Assembly (NCBI GenBank): GCA_017433975.1 | Contig: JAFRGD010000024.1 | Coordinates: forward strand, 5,595-69,594 | Reading direction: 5' to 3' | Length of the DNA stretch: 64,000 nucleotides | DNA from: Mogibacterium sp. | GTDB lineage: Bacteria; Bacillota; Clostridia; Peptostreptococcales; Anaerovoracaceae | In this document: piece by piece, positions 26,510 through 35,210 of the stretch | How positions within the stretch are numbered: position 1 is the stretch's first letter | Layout of the letters: every line of letters begins with the position of its first letter | Made by a program: the position numbers and the translations under genes | Notes under the pieces: model-generated | Seen by the model: only the letters and a program-made list of their open reading frames with translations | Database searches by the model: none | Told to the model about the DNA's origin: nothing

Positions 26510-28240
26510 TCATACCGCTTTCTCCTCCGCGGCCATCTGCGCCCGGACCTCCTCCTCGAGCACCCGGTACGCGACCTTGCCGACCAAGGTCTTAGGCAGC
26601 TCCTTGCGGAATTCGATTTCCTTCGGCAGCGCGTACGCGGCGACGAGCTTGCTCAGGTGGTCCATGATCGTGGTCTTTGCCTCTTCGCTCTCCTTGACCC
26701 CGTCCTTGAGCACGACGTACGCCTTGACGCGCTGGCCTCTCCGCTGGTCCTGGATGCCGATAACGCAGGACAGGTCCACGATGTCGCAGCAGTCGATCGC
26801 GTTCTCGAGGCGCGTCGGATAGACGTTGTAACCGTTCGTGATGATCATGCGCTTCATCCGCTGGGAGAAGTACACGTATCCGTCCTTGTCCATGTGGCCG
26901 AGGTCGCCGGTGTAAAGCCAGATGTCACCGTCGTTCCGCATGCGGAGCGCAAGCGCGGTCTCCTCGTCGTTATAGAGGTACCCGGTCATCATGGTCGGTC
27001 CCTTGAGCACGATCTCGCCCTCGGTATCCGGCGGGAGGCTTTCGTCCGTGCCCGGCTGAACGATATCATACACCGTGTCCGCAAACGGAAGCCCGATCGA
27101 GTGCGGCCGGTAGCCGTCCTTTGGCGTCAGGCACGAAGCGGTCACGCACTCCGTCAGGCCGTAGCCCTCGCGGATCTCGATGGTCGCCTTGTGTTCCTTG
27201 AGGAACGCGTCCACGCGGCGCTTGAGCTCGGTGTGGAGCGTGTCGCCGCCGCAGAACATCCCGCGGAGGAAGCTCATGTCCAGCCCGTCGAGAGCCTTCG
27301 CGTTCAAAAGCGCGTCAAAGATTGTCGGGACGCCGGCGATGTAGTTCGGTTTCTTTTTGATCAGCATCTTGGCGTAGCTGTCGATCGTGAAGGTCGGAAG
27401 CAGGATGCAGCATGCGCCGTGGATGAGCACCGTGTGAATATTGATTCCGAGGCCGAAGCCGTGGAACATCGGCATGCAGCTCAGCATCGTATAGCCCGGG
27501 CAGAACGTCTCCCCGATGAAGTCAACCGCCTGGAGCCCCAGCGCGTTGAAGTTGAGGTCGGTCAGGCAGATGCCCTTGGCCTGTCCGGTGGTGCCGCCGC
27601 TGTAAAGGATGACCGACGTACGGTACCGTTCGAATTCTGCCTTCTCCACCGTTCCGTCGTATTTCAGCCGGAGAAAGTCCGACCAGAGGATGTCCTGATT
27701 GCCCGGCTCACCGGTCTGGCGCGTCTTCGGCGGGTACTTGAGGTAGTTCTTGCCGGCCTTCGCGGTGTATAAAACGCGAAGGTGAACCGGCAGCGCGTCC
27801 TGCATCCGCGCGACGATGACCATGACCGGATGGTCCGCTTTGTCCGCCGCCGTCCGGACCTTCTCGTAAAACATGTCCAGCGTTACGATCCAGCTGCTCT
27901 TTGCGTAGTTAAGGTAATATGTGATCTCGGTCTCGGCGGACAGCGGGTGGATCATGCTCGCGACCGCGCCCATCTTGTCCAGCGCATAAAACGCGTCGAT
28001 CGTCATCGGGACGTTCGGCAGGCAGATCGTCACCGGGTCTCCCGGCCGCACGCCGATCGCTGCAAAGGATTGCGCCGCGCGGTCGATGCCTGCCAGCATC
28101 GTACGGTAATTTGTCTTACGGTTGTAGAATTCGTATGCCGGCTCCTGCGGATAGGCTTCGGCCATCCGGGAGATCATATCGTACATGGTCAGTTCCGGGT
28201 ATTCCAGATGCCTGGCTGCCTGATTGGGAAATGTAATCAT
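26510..28240 (-). CDS. AMP-binding acyl-CoA/acyl-adenylate-forming ligase (long-chain fatty-acid-CoA-ligase-like)
   Basis: 576 aa with the AMP-binding motif ILYSGGTTGQAKG, GYGLTE, YTGDLG and the C-terminal lysine region LPKTLVGKV. Confidence 0.9.
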   Translation of the reverse strand: MITFPNQAARHLEYPELTMYDMISRMAEAYPQEPAYEFYNRKTNYRTMLAGIDRAAQSFAAIGVRPGDPVTICLPNVPMTIDAFYALDKMGAVASMIHPLSAETEITYYLNYAKSSWIVTLDMFYEKVRTAADKADHPVMVIVARMQDALPVHLRVLYTAKAGKNYLKYPPKTRQTGEPGNQDILWSDFLRLKYDGTVEKAEFERYRTSVILYSGGTTGQAKGICLTDLNFNALGLQAVDFIGETFCPGYTMLSCMPMFHGFGLGINIHTVLIHGACCILLPTFTIDSYAKMLIKKKPNYIAGVPTIFDALLNAKALDGLDMSFLRGMFCGGDTLHTELKRRVDAFLKEHKATIEIREGYGLTECVTASCLTPKDGYRPHSIGLPFADTVYDIVQPGTDESLPPDTEGEIVLKGPTMMTGYLYNDEETALALRMRNDGDIWLYTGDLGHMDKDGYVYFSQRMKRMIITNGYNVYPTRLENAIDCCDIVDLSCVIGIQDQRRGQRVKAYVVLKDGVKESEEAKTTIMDHLSKLVAAYALPKEIEFRKELPKTLVGKVAYRVLEEEVRAQMAAEEKAV

Positions 28241-28368
28241 CTGTGTCGTCTTCCTGGTTGATCTGTAATCAAAAGCTCAATACTCTGTCATTTATGCAAA
28301 TACAGAAAAAGTATATCGTATTTTATCGTGCGTTTTCAATGCGGAAAAAGGACTTTTTTGTATGAAAC

Positions 28369-31300
28369 TTACTGCATCGCGACCGTTCTGCCCGTATCGA
28401 AGAGATAGAGATACGCCTCCCCGACCGGAACGCCCGTCCCGGCCGCCAGCGCCATACTGTAGATCCGGATCTGCTCTCGGTACTCGTCCGCGATCCGCTG
28501 CTCTTCCGCGTCCTCTGGGAGTCCTCGCCTGACATAGCTGGATTTATAGTCGATGAGGACGTTCTCCCCGGTCTCCGGGTCGATGAAGCAGCAGTCGATG
28601 ATACCTTGCACCATGATATCTCTGCCGTCGTGCTCCATCCGGAGCGTGAACGGTTTCTCCTTCCGCAGGCGGCCGTCCCGGGCGGCCTGCACCGCGCGGA
28701 CACCGACGTCCGATCGGAAGAACGACTCAACACGCTCGAGGTCGATCTTCTCGTAGACCTCCTGCGGAATCGCCCCGTTTGCGGCAAGAAGATCAGCGGA
28801 GGCATTAATATAAGCGGTGTTAACGCATGTTGGGTCATCGCCGTCCAACGCCCGCGCAAAGTCGAGGTACTCCATGATGCGGTGGTAGCCGGTTCCGATT
28901 TCGGCCGCCGTCGTGCCGCCCTTGGCCTTGCGGACAAGCGGCCGCAGCGGCGCGGTTTCTCCTGCCAATATCGGTTCGGATTGCGCGGCGAGCTCCGCCG
29001 CCTCCCGCTCCAGCCGCCGGAGTTCGCTGACGGAATACTTGGACCGGGCCGTGAGGTCCGCCGCGTACGGGTACGTGTAGCCGAGCCGCCGCGCGACTTC
29101 ACCGTACAGGTCCCCGCTCCGGACGTCCCCGAGCTGCTCGCCCGCCGCGAGGAAGTCGTCGACGGTGCTCCTGCGCTGCGGCCGGTGCTTGTAATCCAGA
29201 TCCACTTTATTGAGTTTCACACTGTCAATGTTAAGCAGGCCCGCCATGATGTCGATATAGCTCCGCCAGCCGCCGGTCATCGCGTCGACCTTGGCGCTGT
29301 CGCGCACGGTTCCTGTCAGAATCAGCTTCTCCCGCGCACGCGTCATTGCGACGTACAGTATGCGGAGCTCCTCCTGGCGCTCCTTCTCGAGTTTGACGTC
29401 GGAGATCAGGCGCTGCACCAGCGTCTGCCGCCAGAAGTGCCGCTCCCGGTCCACATACGAGATGCCCGCGCCGATTTCCGGCACGAAGCTGAACCCCTTG
29501 ACCGCCGCGTCGTGGCGAAAGCCCTGCCCGAGCCCCGTGACAAAGACGAACGGGAACTCGAGGCCTTTGCTCTTGTGGATCGTCATGATGCGGACGATGT
29601 CGTCCTCCTCGCTCACCATCATCGCCTGGCCGGTCTTGACGTCTTTTTTCTTGAGCACGTCGATGTACCGGATGAAGTCGCCGAGCGATGATACGCCGGA
29701 CTCCCGGTACGACCGGGCGCGGTCGACCAGCGCGCGGAGGTTCGCCTGCCGCTGCCGGCCGCCGTACATGGCGCCTGCGTACATGTAATAATTTGACTCG
29801 ACGAGGAGGTGCCAGATGAACTCATCGAGCTCCATCATGCGGGAAAGCTCCCGCCATTCTTCCAGCCGCTCCAGTGTCTGCCGGACTTTGGCCGCAAGGG
29901 CCGCGTCCGTCCCGTGCTCCGCATAGTATACCAGAGCTTTACTGTACTCAGTCCGGCTTGCACCGAAGACCCCGGACTCCATGAAGAAGGCCCGGACCTC
30001 GGCGAGCTCCGACGGTGTGAAGTCAAAGATCTCCGAGTGCAGGACCGCGATCAGTGGGATGTCCTGCTTCATATTGTCCATCACGGAGAGGAGCGACAGC
30101 GCGACGCCGATCTCCACCGTGTCGAAATAACCGTCCTCGTCGCTGATATGGGCCGTGATGCCGGCTTCTTTCAGCGCTTTATAGTAGATTTCTGCACGAC
30201 GCTTGGCGCTCCGCATAAGGATCACGATGTCCCGCGGCGTAACCTGTCGGACCGTCCCGGTCAGACCGTCGTGGAACGTCGTTCCGATCAGTTTTGCGAC
30301 CTCTTTCGCGACGTGCGCTGCCTCGGCTTCGGTCCGGGTGCGGTCGAGAATCTCTTCACCAGCCTCATCACCGTCGTTGTCGATAACAACATTATCGTCT
30401 TCTTCGTCCGCTTTATCCGGATTTTCAATCAAAATGTGAAATTCCGGCTTGAAATCATAGTCCGCGTGCCCCGACAGGCCCTGGTAGAGCTGCGTGTTCG
30501 CGTCGTACCCCGGCATGATTTTGCGGAAGACGTCGTTGATGTATGCAATCGTCCGCCCGTTCGACCGGAAGTTCTTGTTCAGATGGATGGTCATCGCCTC
30601 CGGGCGGTCCTCCGACGCGTACCGCTCGGCGGTATCGACAAAGATCTGCGGCTCCGACTGCCGGAACCCGTAAATGCTCTGCTTGACGTCGCCGACCTTG
30701 AACACGTTGTCCGGCCGCGCGATCTGATCGATCAGGTACTCCTGCAAGTAGTTGGTATCCTGGTATTCGTCGATAAAGATGAACCGGAACCGCTCGCGCA
30801 TCACGGCGGCGACCTGCGGCTTGCTGAGGATGGACGCCGCGATGTGCTCGATGTCGGAGAAGTCCAACACGCCGGCGTCGCGTTTTTTTGCGTCAAAGCG
30901 CTCCTCGAACGCCTTCAGCAGGTTGAGATAATAGACCGCCCACGGATACGTCGCCTCCATCTCGGCAAACCGGGATGCGAGGTCCGGGTCGGCGTATTTC
31001 AGTTTGAATTTATCTTTGATGAATTTGTACCCGTCGTCGCGGGCGCGCTTAATGTCTTCTTTGTAAGGCTCGAACGCCTCCTTCTCGTCCTTGGTCACCG
31101 ACATCTTTGCCCAGTCGGCGCAGGAGGCCTGCGCAAACAGTTCGTCGGTCAGGCCGTCCGCCGCGAGCATGTCGATGAGGTTCTGCAGGATGGCGACGTC
31201 TTTGTCGATCTTTGCCGCGAGCTTCTCACACCCGTAGTCCTTGAGGGCGTCCCGGATTCCGCACGCGCTCTCCAGCGCCTGCGACAGCGTCCGGCCCGCC

Positions 31301-31962
31301 CGCTCGGTGAGGAGTCCAAAGATCCGGCTGTCCCGGTATCCGGTCTCCGGCACGCGGAGCGCCTCGCACTGCTCGTACGCCCAGTCGAAGTAATTCGGCA
31401 TGCTGCGGAGCTTCATATACGTCGCGAGTAGCGCGTCCGTGACGGTGTCCTCGTCCCGTTCGTTCGAGTACAGGCGGAGGAAGTCGCGGAACGACCCGCC
31501 CGGAACCAGGCTGTCGTCCGCAAACAGCTCGTCGAACAGCTCCTCCATGGCCTCATACTGAAGCAGCTGGCTCTGGACTTCGTCCGCGATCTTGAAGTTC
31601 GGCTCGATGTCGATCTCGTAGAAGAACTCCTTGATCACGCGCAACGCAAACGAATGGAACGTCGAGATGTACGCCCGGTACAGCTTGTCCAGTTGGCTGC
31701 GGAAGAGGTCCTTCCGCTCCCGGTCGTCCGTCTCCCGGATCGCCTTGCGGATGGCCCGGGTCAGCTTGAGCTTCATCTCCGACGCCGCGGCGTTCGTAAA
31801 AGTAACGACGAGCATCTGATCGACGCCCGCCGCTCCGTTCAAAATGATATTGATGATGCGCTCGATAAGCACCGCGGTCTTGCCCGACCCCGCAGCAGCG
31901 GAAACGAGCATGCTCTTGTCCAGCGTATCGATTGCCTGTCGTTGTTCCTCTGTGAAGTTCAA
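28369..31962 (-). CDS. addA: AddA-type UvrD-family helicase with C-terminal PD-(D/E)XK nuclease
   Basis: 1197 aa with a TTG start directly after the HAD stop. Motifs AAAGSGKT, DEYQDTN, IMTIHKSKGLEF and the C-terminal nuclease motif GIIDCCFIDPETGENVLIDYKSS. No addB gene is adjacent. Confidence 0.8.
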   Translation of the reverse strand: MNFTEEQRQAIDTLDKSMLVSAAAGSGKTAVLIERIINIILNGAAGVDQMLVVTFTNAAASEMKLKLTRAIRKAIRETDDRERKDLFRSQLDKLYRAYISTFHSFALRVIKEFFYEIDIEPNFKIADEVQSQLLQYEAMEELFDELFADDSLVPGGSFRDFLRLYSNERDEDTVTDALLATYMKLRSMPNYFDWAYEQCEALRVPETGYRDSRIFGLLTERAGRTLSQALESACGIRDALKDYGCEKLAAKIDKDVAILQNLIDMLAADGLTDELFAQASCADWAKMSVTKDEKEAFEPYKEDIKRARDDGYKFIKDKFKLKYADPDLASRFAEMEATYPWAVYYLNLLKAFEERFDAKKRDAGVLDFSDIEHIAASILSKPQVAAVMRERFRFIFIDEYQDTNYLQEYLIDQIARPDNVFKVGDVKQSIYGFRQSEPQIFVDTAERYASEDRPEAMTIHLNKNFRSNGRTIAYINDVFRKIMPGYDANTQLYQGLSGHADYDFKPEFHILIENPDKADEEDDNVVIDNDGDEAGEEILDRTRTEAEAAHVAKEVAKLIGTTFHDGLTGTVRQVTPRDIVILMRSAKRRAEIYYKALKEAGITAHISDEDGYFDTVEIGVALSLLSVMDNMKQDIPLIAVLHSEIFDFTPSELAEVRAFFMESGVFGASRTEYSKALVYYAEHGTDAALAAKVRQTLERLEEWRELSRMMELDEFIWHLLVESNYYMYAGAMYGGRQRQANLRALVDRARSYRESGVSSLGDFIRYIDVLKKKDVKTGQAMMVSEEDDIVRIMTIHKSKGLEFPFVFVTGLGQGFRHDAAVKGFSFVPEIGAGISYVDRERHFWRQTLVQRLISDVKLEKERQEELRILYVAMTRAREKLILTGTVRDSAKVDAMTGGWRSYIDIMAGLLNIDSVKLNKVDLDYKHRPQRRSTVDDFLAAGEQLGDVRSGDLYGEVARRLGYTYPYAADLTARSKYSVSELRRLEREAAELAAQSEPILAGETAPLRPLVRKAKGGTTAAEIGTGYHRIMEYLDFARALDGDDPTCVNTAYINASADLLAANGAIPQEVYEKIDLERVESFFRSDVGVRAVQAARDGRLRKEKPFTLRMEHDGRDIMVQGIIDCCFIDPETGENVLIDYKSSYVRRGLPEDAEEQRIADEYREQIRIYSMALAAGTGVPVGEAYLYLFDTGRTVAMQ

Positions 31963-32526
31963 TTATCTGTACCTGTCATATTTCTTGACGTTGCAGCCGG
32001 CCCGTGCCGCCGCGTTCTGCGCGTAGTCCGCGTCGTCGTGCACCAGCACCTCGCCCGGATCCACCCCCTCCAGCTCACAGGTCCGGCGGAAGCACTCCGG
32101 ATCATTCTTTGCGTGCTTTATGTCCTCGTACGTATAAATCTTCCGGAAAAACCGGTCGATTCCGGTCCGCCGCATCGCAGGGTCCGCGAGCGCGTGCGGG
32201 GAATTGGTCAGGATGACCATCGGAATACCAGTCTGCTCGATTTCCGCGAGGTACTCCGGAATGCCTTCGAACAGTAAAAGGTCCGTCTCATAGCGGTTCT
32301 TGATATACCGCTCGAGGTCCTGCATCGCCTCGTCGACAGAGCCAAGCTGGTAGCGATCCACCATGTAACGAATCGCGTCGAGAAAGGACTTTTCGTCCTG
32401 AATGTTGTCGAGGTTTTCCTCCGGCTCGAAGCCCTTGAAGCGGATGTACTCGCTGCAGACATTCTCCCACATGCGCATGGAGTCGAGAAGCGTCCCGTCC
32501 ATGTCAAAGATGTGGAGACGGATCAT
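31963..32526 (-). CDS. HAD-superfamily (subfamily IA-like) phosphatase
   Basis: 187 aa with motif I FDMDGTLLDS, TNS (motif II region) and a C-terminal DD motif (VHDDADYA). Its ATG overlaps the upstream stop (ATGA). Confidence 0.85.
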   Translation of the reverse strand: MIRLHIFDMDGTLLDSMRMWENVCSEYIRFKGFEPEENLDNIQDEKSFLDAIRYMVDRYQLGSVDEAMQDLERYIKNRYETDLLLFEGIPEYLAEIEQTGIPMVILTNSPHALADPAMRRTGIDRFFRKIYTYEDIKHAKNDPECFRRTCELEGVDPGEVLVHDDADYAQNAAARAGCNVKKYDRYR

Positions 32527-32927
32527 TGCGCCTGCTCCTTAGCTGCCGCGCGCTTTTCATTGCGGGCGGCCTTGGCGGCAGCGCGCTTTGCGGCCTTGGC
32601 GGCTTTCTTCTGCAGTTCTTTCTCGTGTTCCGCAGCGGCCAGCGCGTCCTTGCGCTCTTGTTTTTCTGCAGCCATGGCCGCACGGAGCACCTTGCGGCCG
32701 GTGGCCTTTGCGGTCGGCTTGAGCACCTCGGCGAAGATCCCGCGCGATGCCTGGATGTCTTCGATGGCCTCGATCCGCTTCTCCAGCGCGATCAGTTTCT
32801 TCTTGTTGTTGGCCGAGAGCAGCTCGCGCTCGAGTTCACTCTTGGCCACGCGGAGCGCGGCGTCCGTCACGCGGCGCATTTCCTTGCGGTACTTCGATAC
32901 CTTTTTTGCTTCACTTCTCTTTGACAT
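32523..32927 (-). CDS. Lys/Ala-rich basic coiled-coil protein, function unknown
   Basis: 134 aa. AGGAG lies 9 nt upstream of the ATG at 32925-32927, and the stop overlaps the HAD start (ATGA). The C-terminal KKAAKAAKRAAAKAARNEKRAAAKE tail is histone-H1-like. I recognise no family. Confidence 0.6.
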   Translation of the reverse strand: MSKRSEAKKVSKYRKEMRRVTDAALRVAKSELERELLSANNKKKLIALEKRIEAIEDIQASRGIFAEVLKPTAKATGRKVLRAAMAAEKQERKDALAAAEHEKELQKKAAKAAKRAAAKAARNEKRAAAKEQAQ

Positions 32928-32951
32928 AAGGCTTACTCCTGATTTCTGACG

Positions 32952-34367
32952 TTATAATACGATGTCCTTGACGTCCCGCATGTCCAGCTGCGACAGCTGC
33001 TCGTCGGTCAGCTCCTGGTCCTCCATGCCGACCAGGCGGTTCGCCTGATTGACGACGGCCTTCTCAAAGAAGTTCCGCACGTCGCGGGCGTTCGCGAAGT
33101 TGGAATCGCGGTTGTTGTAGTGATCTTCGAAAAACTTCTTGACGTATTGGCCGGCGGCCGCAGTCGTCGTGTACCCGGCCTTGTTGCACTGGAACTCAAA
33201 AATCTTGTAGAGTTCGTCCGGTGTATAGTCGTCGAAGTAGATGAACTTGTTGAAGCGGGACCGCAGGCCCGGGTTGGAGCTGAGGAATTTCTCCATGAGA
33301 TCCGGGTAGCCCGCGACGATGACCGCGAGGTCGTCCCGGTGGTCCTCCATGCCTTTGAGCAGCGTGTCGATGGCCTCGAGGCCGAAGTCATTCTCGCCGC
33401 GGTTCGCGCTGAGCGCGTAGGCCTCGTCGATGAAGAGCACGCCGCCGAGGGACTTCTGGATGACCTCAGCCGTCTTGATCGCGGTCTGGCCGACGTAGCC
33501 CGACACGAGGCCGGAGCGGTCGACTTCGACGAGGTGGCCCTTGGAAAGCACGCCGATCCTGCAGTAGATCTTGGACAGGAGCCGCGCGACGGTCGTCTTA
33601 CCGGTGCCCGGGTTGCCCGAGAACACCAGGTGTAGCGAGACCGGGATCTGTTTGAGTCCCCTCGCCTCGCGGATCTTCATGATCTGCATCAGGTTGATGA
33701 GCGAGTTGACGTCTTCCTTAACCTTTTCCAGTCCGACGAGGGAGTTCAGCTCCTCGAGCAGCTCCTCCAGCGTCCCGAAGTCCTCCTCCGCAGGTTTTGC
33801 CGCGGCCTGACCGGCCTCAGCGGCCTTGCCGTCCTTGTTGGCCTGCTGGGTCCGCTGCCAGTCCTTATCGTGTGCCTCGTAATAGTTCTGCATCGTCGTG
33901 AGGATCCGCGTCAGCGCCTCGACCTCATCGTCCGAGACGACGCTGTCGCTCGCGATGAACTCCCGCCCGATCATCCCGTACAGGGAGTGCACCGTCAGGC
34001 AGGCAGGCTGTTCGTGCGGGACTTCCCGGTCGAGCAGCCCGTTGTCGGAGTTGACCACGATCTTCATGAAGATCGACGGGCTCGTCTCGATTTCCTTCAT
34101 CCGCGGCTCGCGCTCGTACATCCGCGCCAGGTCGGACGCCTTGTATGCGAAGCCGAGGAAGTCGTTGATGAACTGCGCCTCTTCGTTGCTCGGCTTACCG
34201 TCGACGTTCGCCAGATACGCCAGCATGCGGAGCGTCTCGTAGCGGAAGACCTCATACGTGCTGCGGTTGGAAAACGGATCCACGGACTTGACGCCGAGAC
34301 CGTTCTGGTCCAGGCTGTCGCAGAGCATCTTGATTGTAACGATTGTGTTTTTTAATGTTTCAGTCAT
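32952..34367 (-). CDS. AAA+ ATPase of the SpoVK/CbbX/EccA type with a TerB-like N-terminal domain
   Basis: 471 aa. Walker A GNPGTGKTTVARLL, Walker B VLFIDEAY, and SRFNKFIYFDDY (sensor/arginine region). The N-terminal ~170 aa carries two Asp/Glu-rich helical repeats (ANVDGKPSNEEAQFINDF; SDSVVSDDEVEALTRIL) reminiscent of TerB/DjlA-N domains. Confidence 0.8.
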   Translation of the reverse strand: MTETLKNTIVTIKMLCDSLDQNGLGVKSVDPFSNRSTYEVFRYETLRMLAYLANVDGKPSNEEAQFINDFLGFAYKASDLARMYEREPRMKEIETSPSIFMKIVVNSDNGLLDREVPHEQPACLTVHSLYGMIGREFIASDSVVSDDEVEALTRILTTMQNYYEAHDKDWQRTQQANKDGKAAEAGQAAAKPAEEDFGTLEELLEELNSLVGLEKVKEDVNSLINLMQIMKIREARGLKQIPVSLHLVFSGNPGTGKTTVARLLSKIYCRIGVLSKGHLVEVDRSGLVSGYVGQTAIKTAEVIQKSLGGVLFIDEAYALSANRGENDFGLEAIDTLLKGMEDHRDDLAVIVAGYPDLMEKFLSSNPGLRSRFNKFIYFDDYTPDELYKIFEFQCNKAGYTTTAAAGQYVKKFFEDHYNNRDSNFANARDVRNFFEKAVVNQANRLVGMEDQELTDEQLSQLDMRDVKDIVL

Positions 34368-34379
34368 TTATAGTCACCG

Positions 34380-35174
34380 TTATTGTGTCTGCTGACGCAG
34401 CTCGCCTTTCTCCTTTTGCACTTCGAAGTCGCCGCCGAGCAGGCCCTCCTGCGACAGCATCGTCTTGAGCACGCTGATATCCGACGAGATATCCATCATG
34501 TCCCCGTCGTACATGGTGTCGTACAGTTTGGTATAAGCCAGGCGGGTCTTGTCGAGCAGGTCGATCACGTCTTTCTCGATCTTGGAAAATTCGCCGCCCT
34601 GGACCTTGCGGAGGTTCATCTCGGCGTATGAGTCGAGGACACTCGTGGTGAGCGGCATGGTCCTCGCCATGAGCTCGCGGATCTGCGTGGTCTGCTCCGG
34701 TTTCTCATCGACGCGGGTGTAAATGTTCTCCACGATCTGTTCGAGCTCAGTGATCTTCTCCTGGATCACCTTGTTGTCGATGGACGCCTTGGCCAAGCGG
34801 AGGCTCGCGAGGTACCGCTTGCCCTCCAGCGCAATTTCGCTCTCCTGCGGCACCGGAACGTCGGTCTCGACCCCTTCGACGTCGAACGAAACGGTTTTGT
34901 CCTCGTCCGGCCGCAGGGACTCGTGCGGCTGCTCGTAAGTCTGCGTATTGTACTGGACGTCCTGGTAGCCGGAGTTCATCGACTGCGTCCACGGGTTGTA
35001 CTGCTGGCGCTGCTGCTGCACCGGCCGCGCGGACCGGCGGGCCTCCGCCTCGATCTCACTCCTGGTCGAATTGTATGCGATGACTGCGGCGATGATTCCC
35101 AGGAACCCGCTCCCGGTCAGGAACGCAACGCCCAGGAACCACAGGACCGCAGACCTGATTGGATTCTTTTGCAT
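34380..35174 (-). CDS. XpaC-like (5-bromo-4-chloroindolyl phosphate hydrolysis family) membrane protein
   Basis: 264 aa with two N-terminal TM helices and a Q-rich linker. The C-terminal helical domain ends DGDMMDISSDISVLKTMLSQEGLL, which resembles the XpaC family C-terminus as I recall it. Confidence 0.55.
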   Translation of the reverse strand: MQKNPIRSAVLWFLGVAFLTGSGFLGIIAAVIAYNSTRSEIEAEARRSARPVQQQRQQYNPWTQSMNSGYQDVQYNTQTYEQPHESLRPDEDKTVSFDVEGVETDVPVPQESEIALEGKRYLASLRLAKASIDNKVIQEKITELEQIVENIYTRVDEKPEQTTQIRELMARTMPLTTSVLDSYAEMNLRKVQGGEFSKIEKDVIDLLDKTRLAYTKLYDTMYDGDMMDISSDISVLKTMLSQEGLLGGDFEVQKEKGELRQQTQ

Positions 35175-35210
35175 AGGTAATATAGTCCTCCAAAAAATAT
35201 TTCACCGTAT

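Noticed and set aside
28323-29102. 259-aa minus-strand ORF overlapping the 3' end of addA in another frame
   Set aside because: It gives an extremely Arg/Ser/Thr/Pro-rich product. It begins inside addA and runs past the addA stop into the spacer before the ligase gene, with no RBS. The AddA frame carries the conserved nuclease motif.
29809-31431. 540-aa plus-strand ORF, and the 361-aa ORF at 28606..29691
   Set aside because: Both are antisense to the AddA-type helicase gene and have no independent coding evidence.
32512-32949. Plus-strand ORFs (145 aa and 132 aa) opposite the Lys/Ala-rich gene
   Set aside because: Ala/Lys-rich GC-biased repeats keep several frames open. Only the minus-strand frame has an RBS and an ATGA coupling to the next gene, and the plus-strand products are Ala/Ser/Leu/Arg low-complexity.
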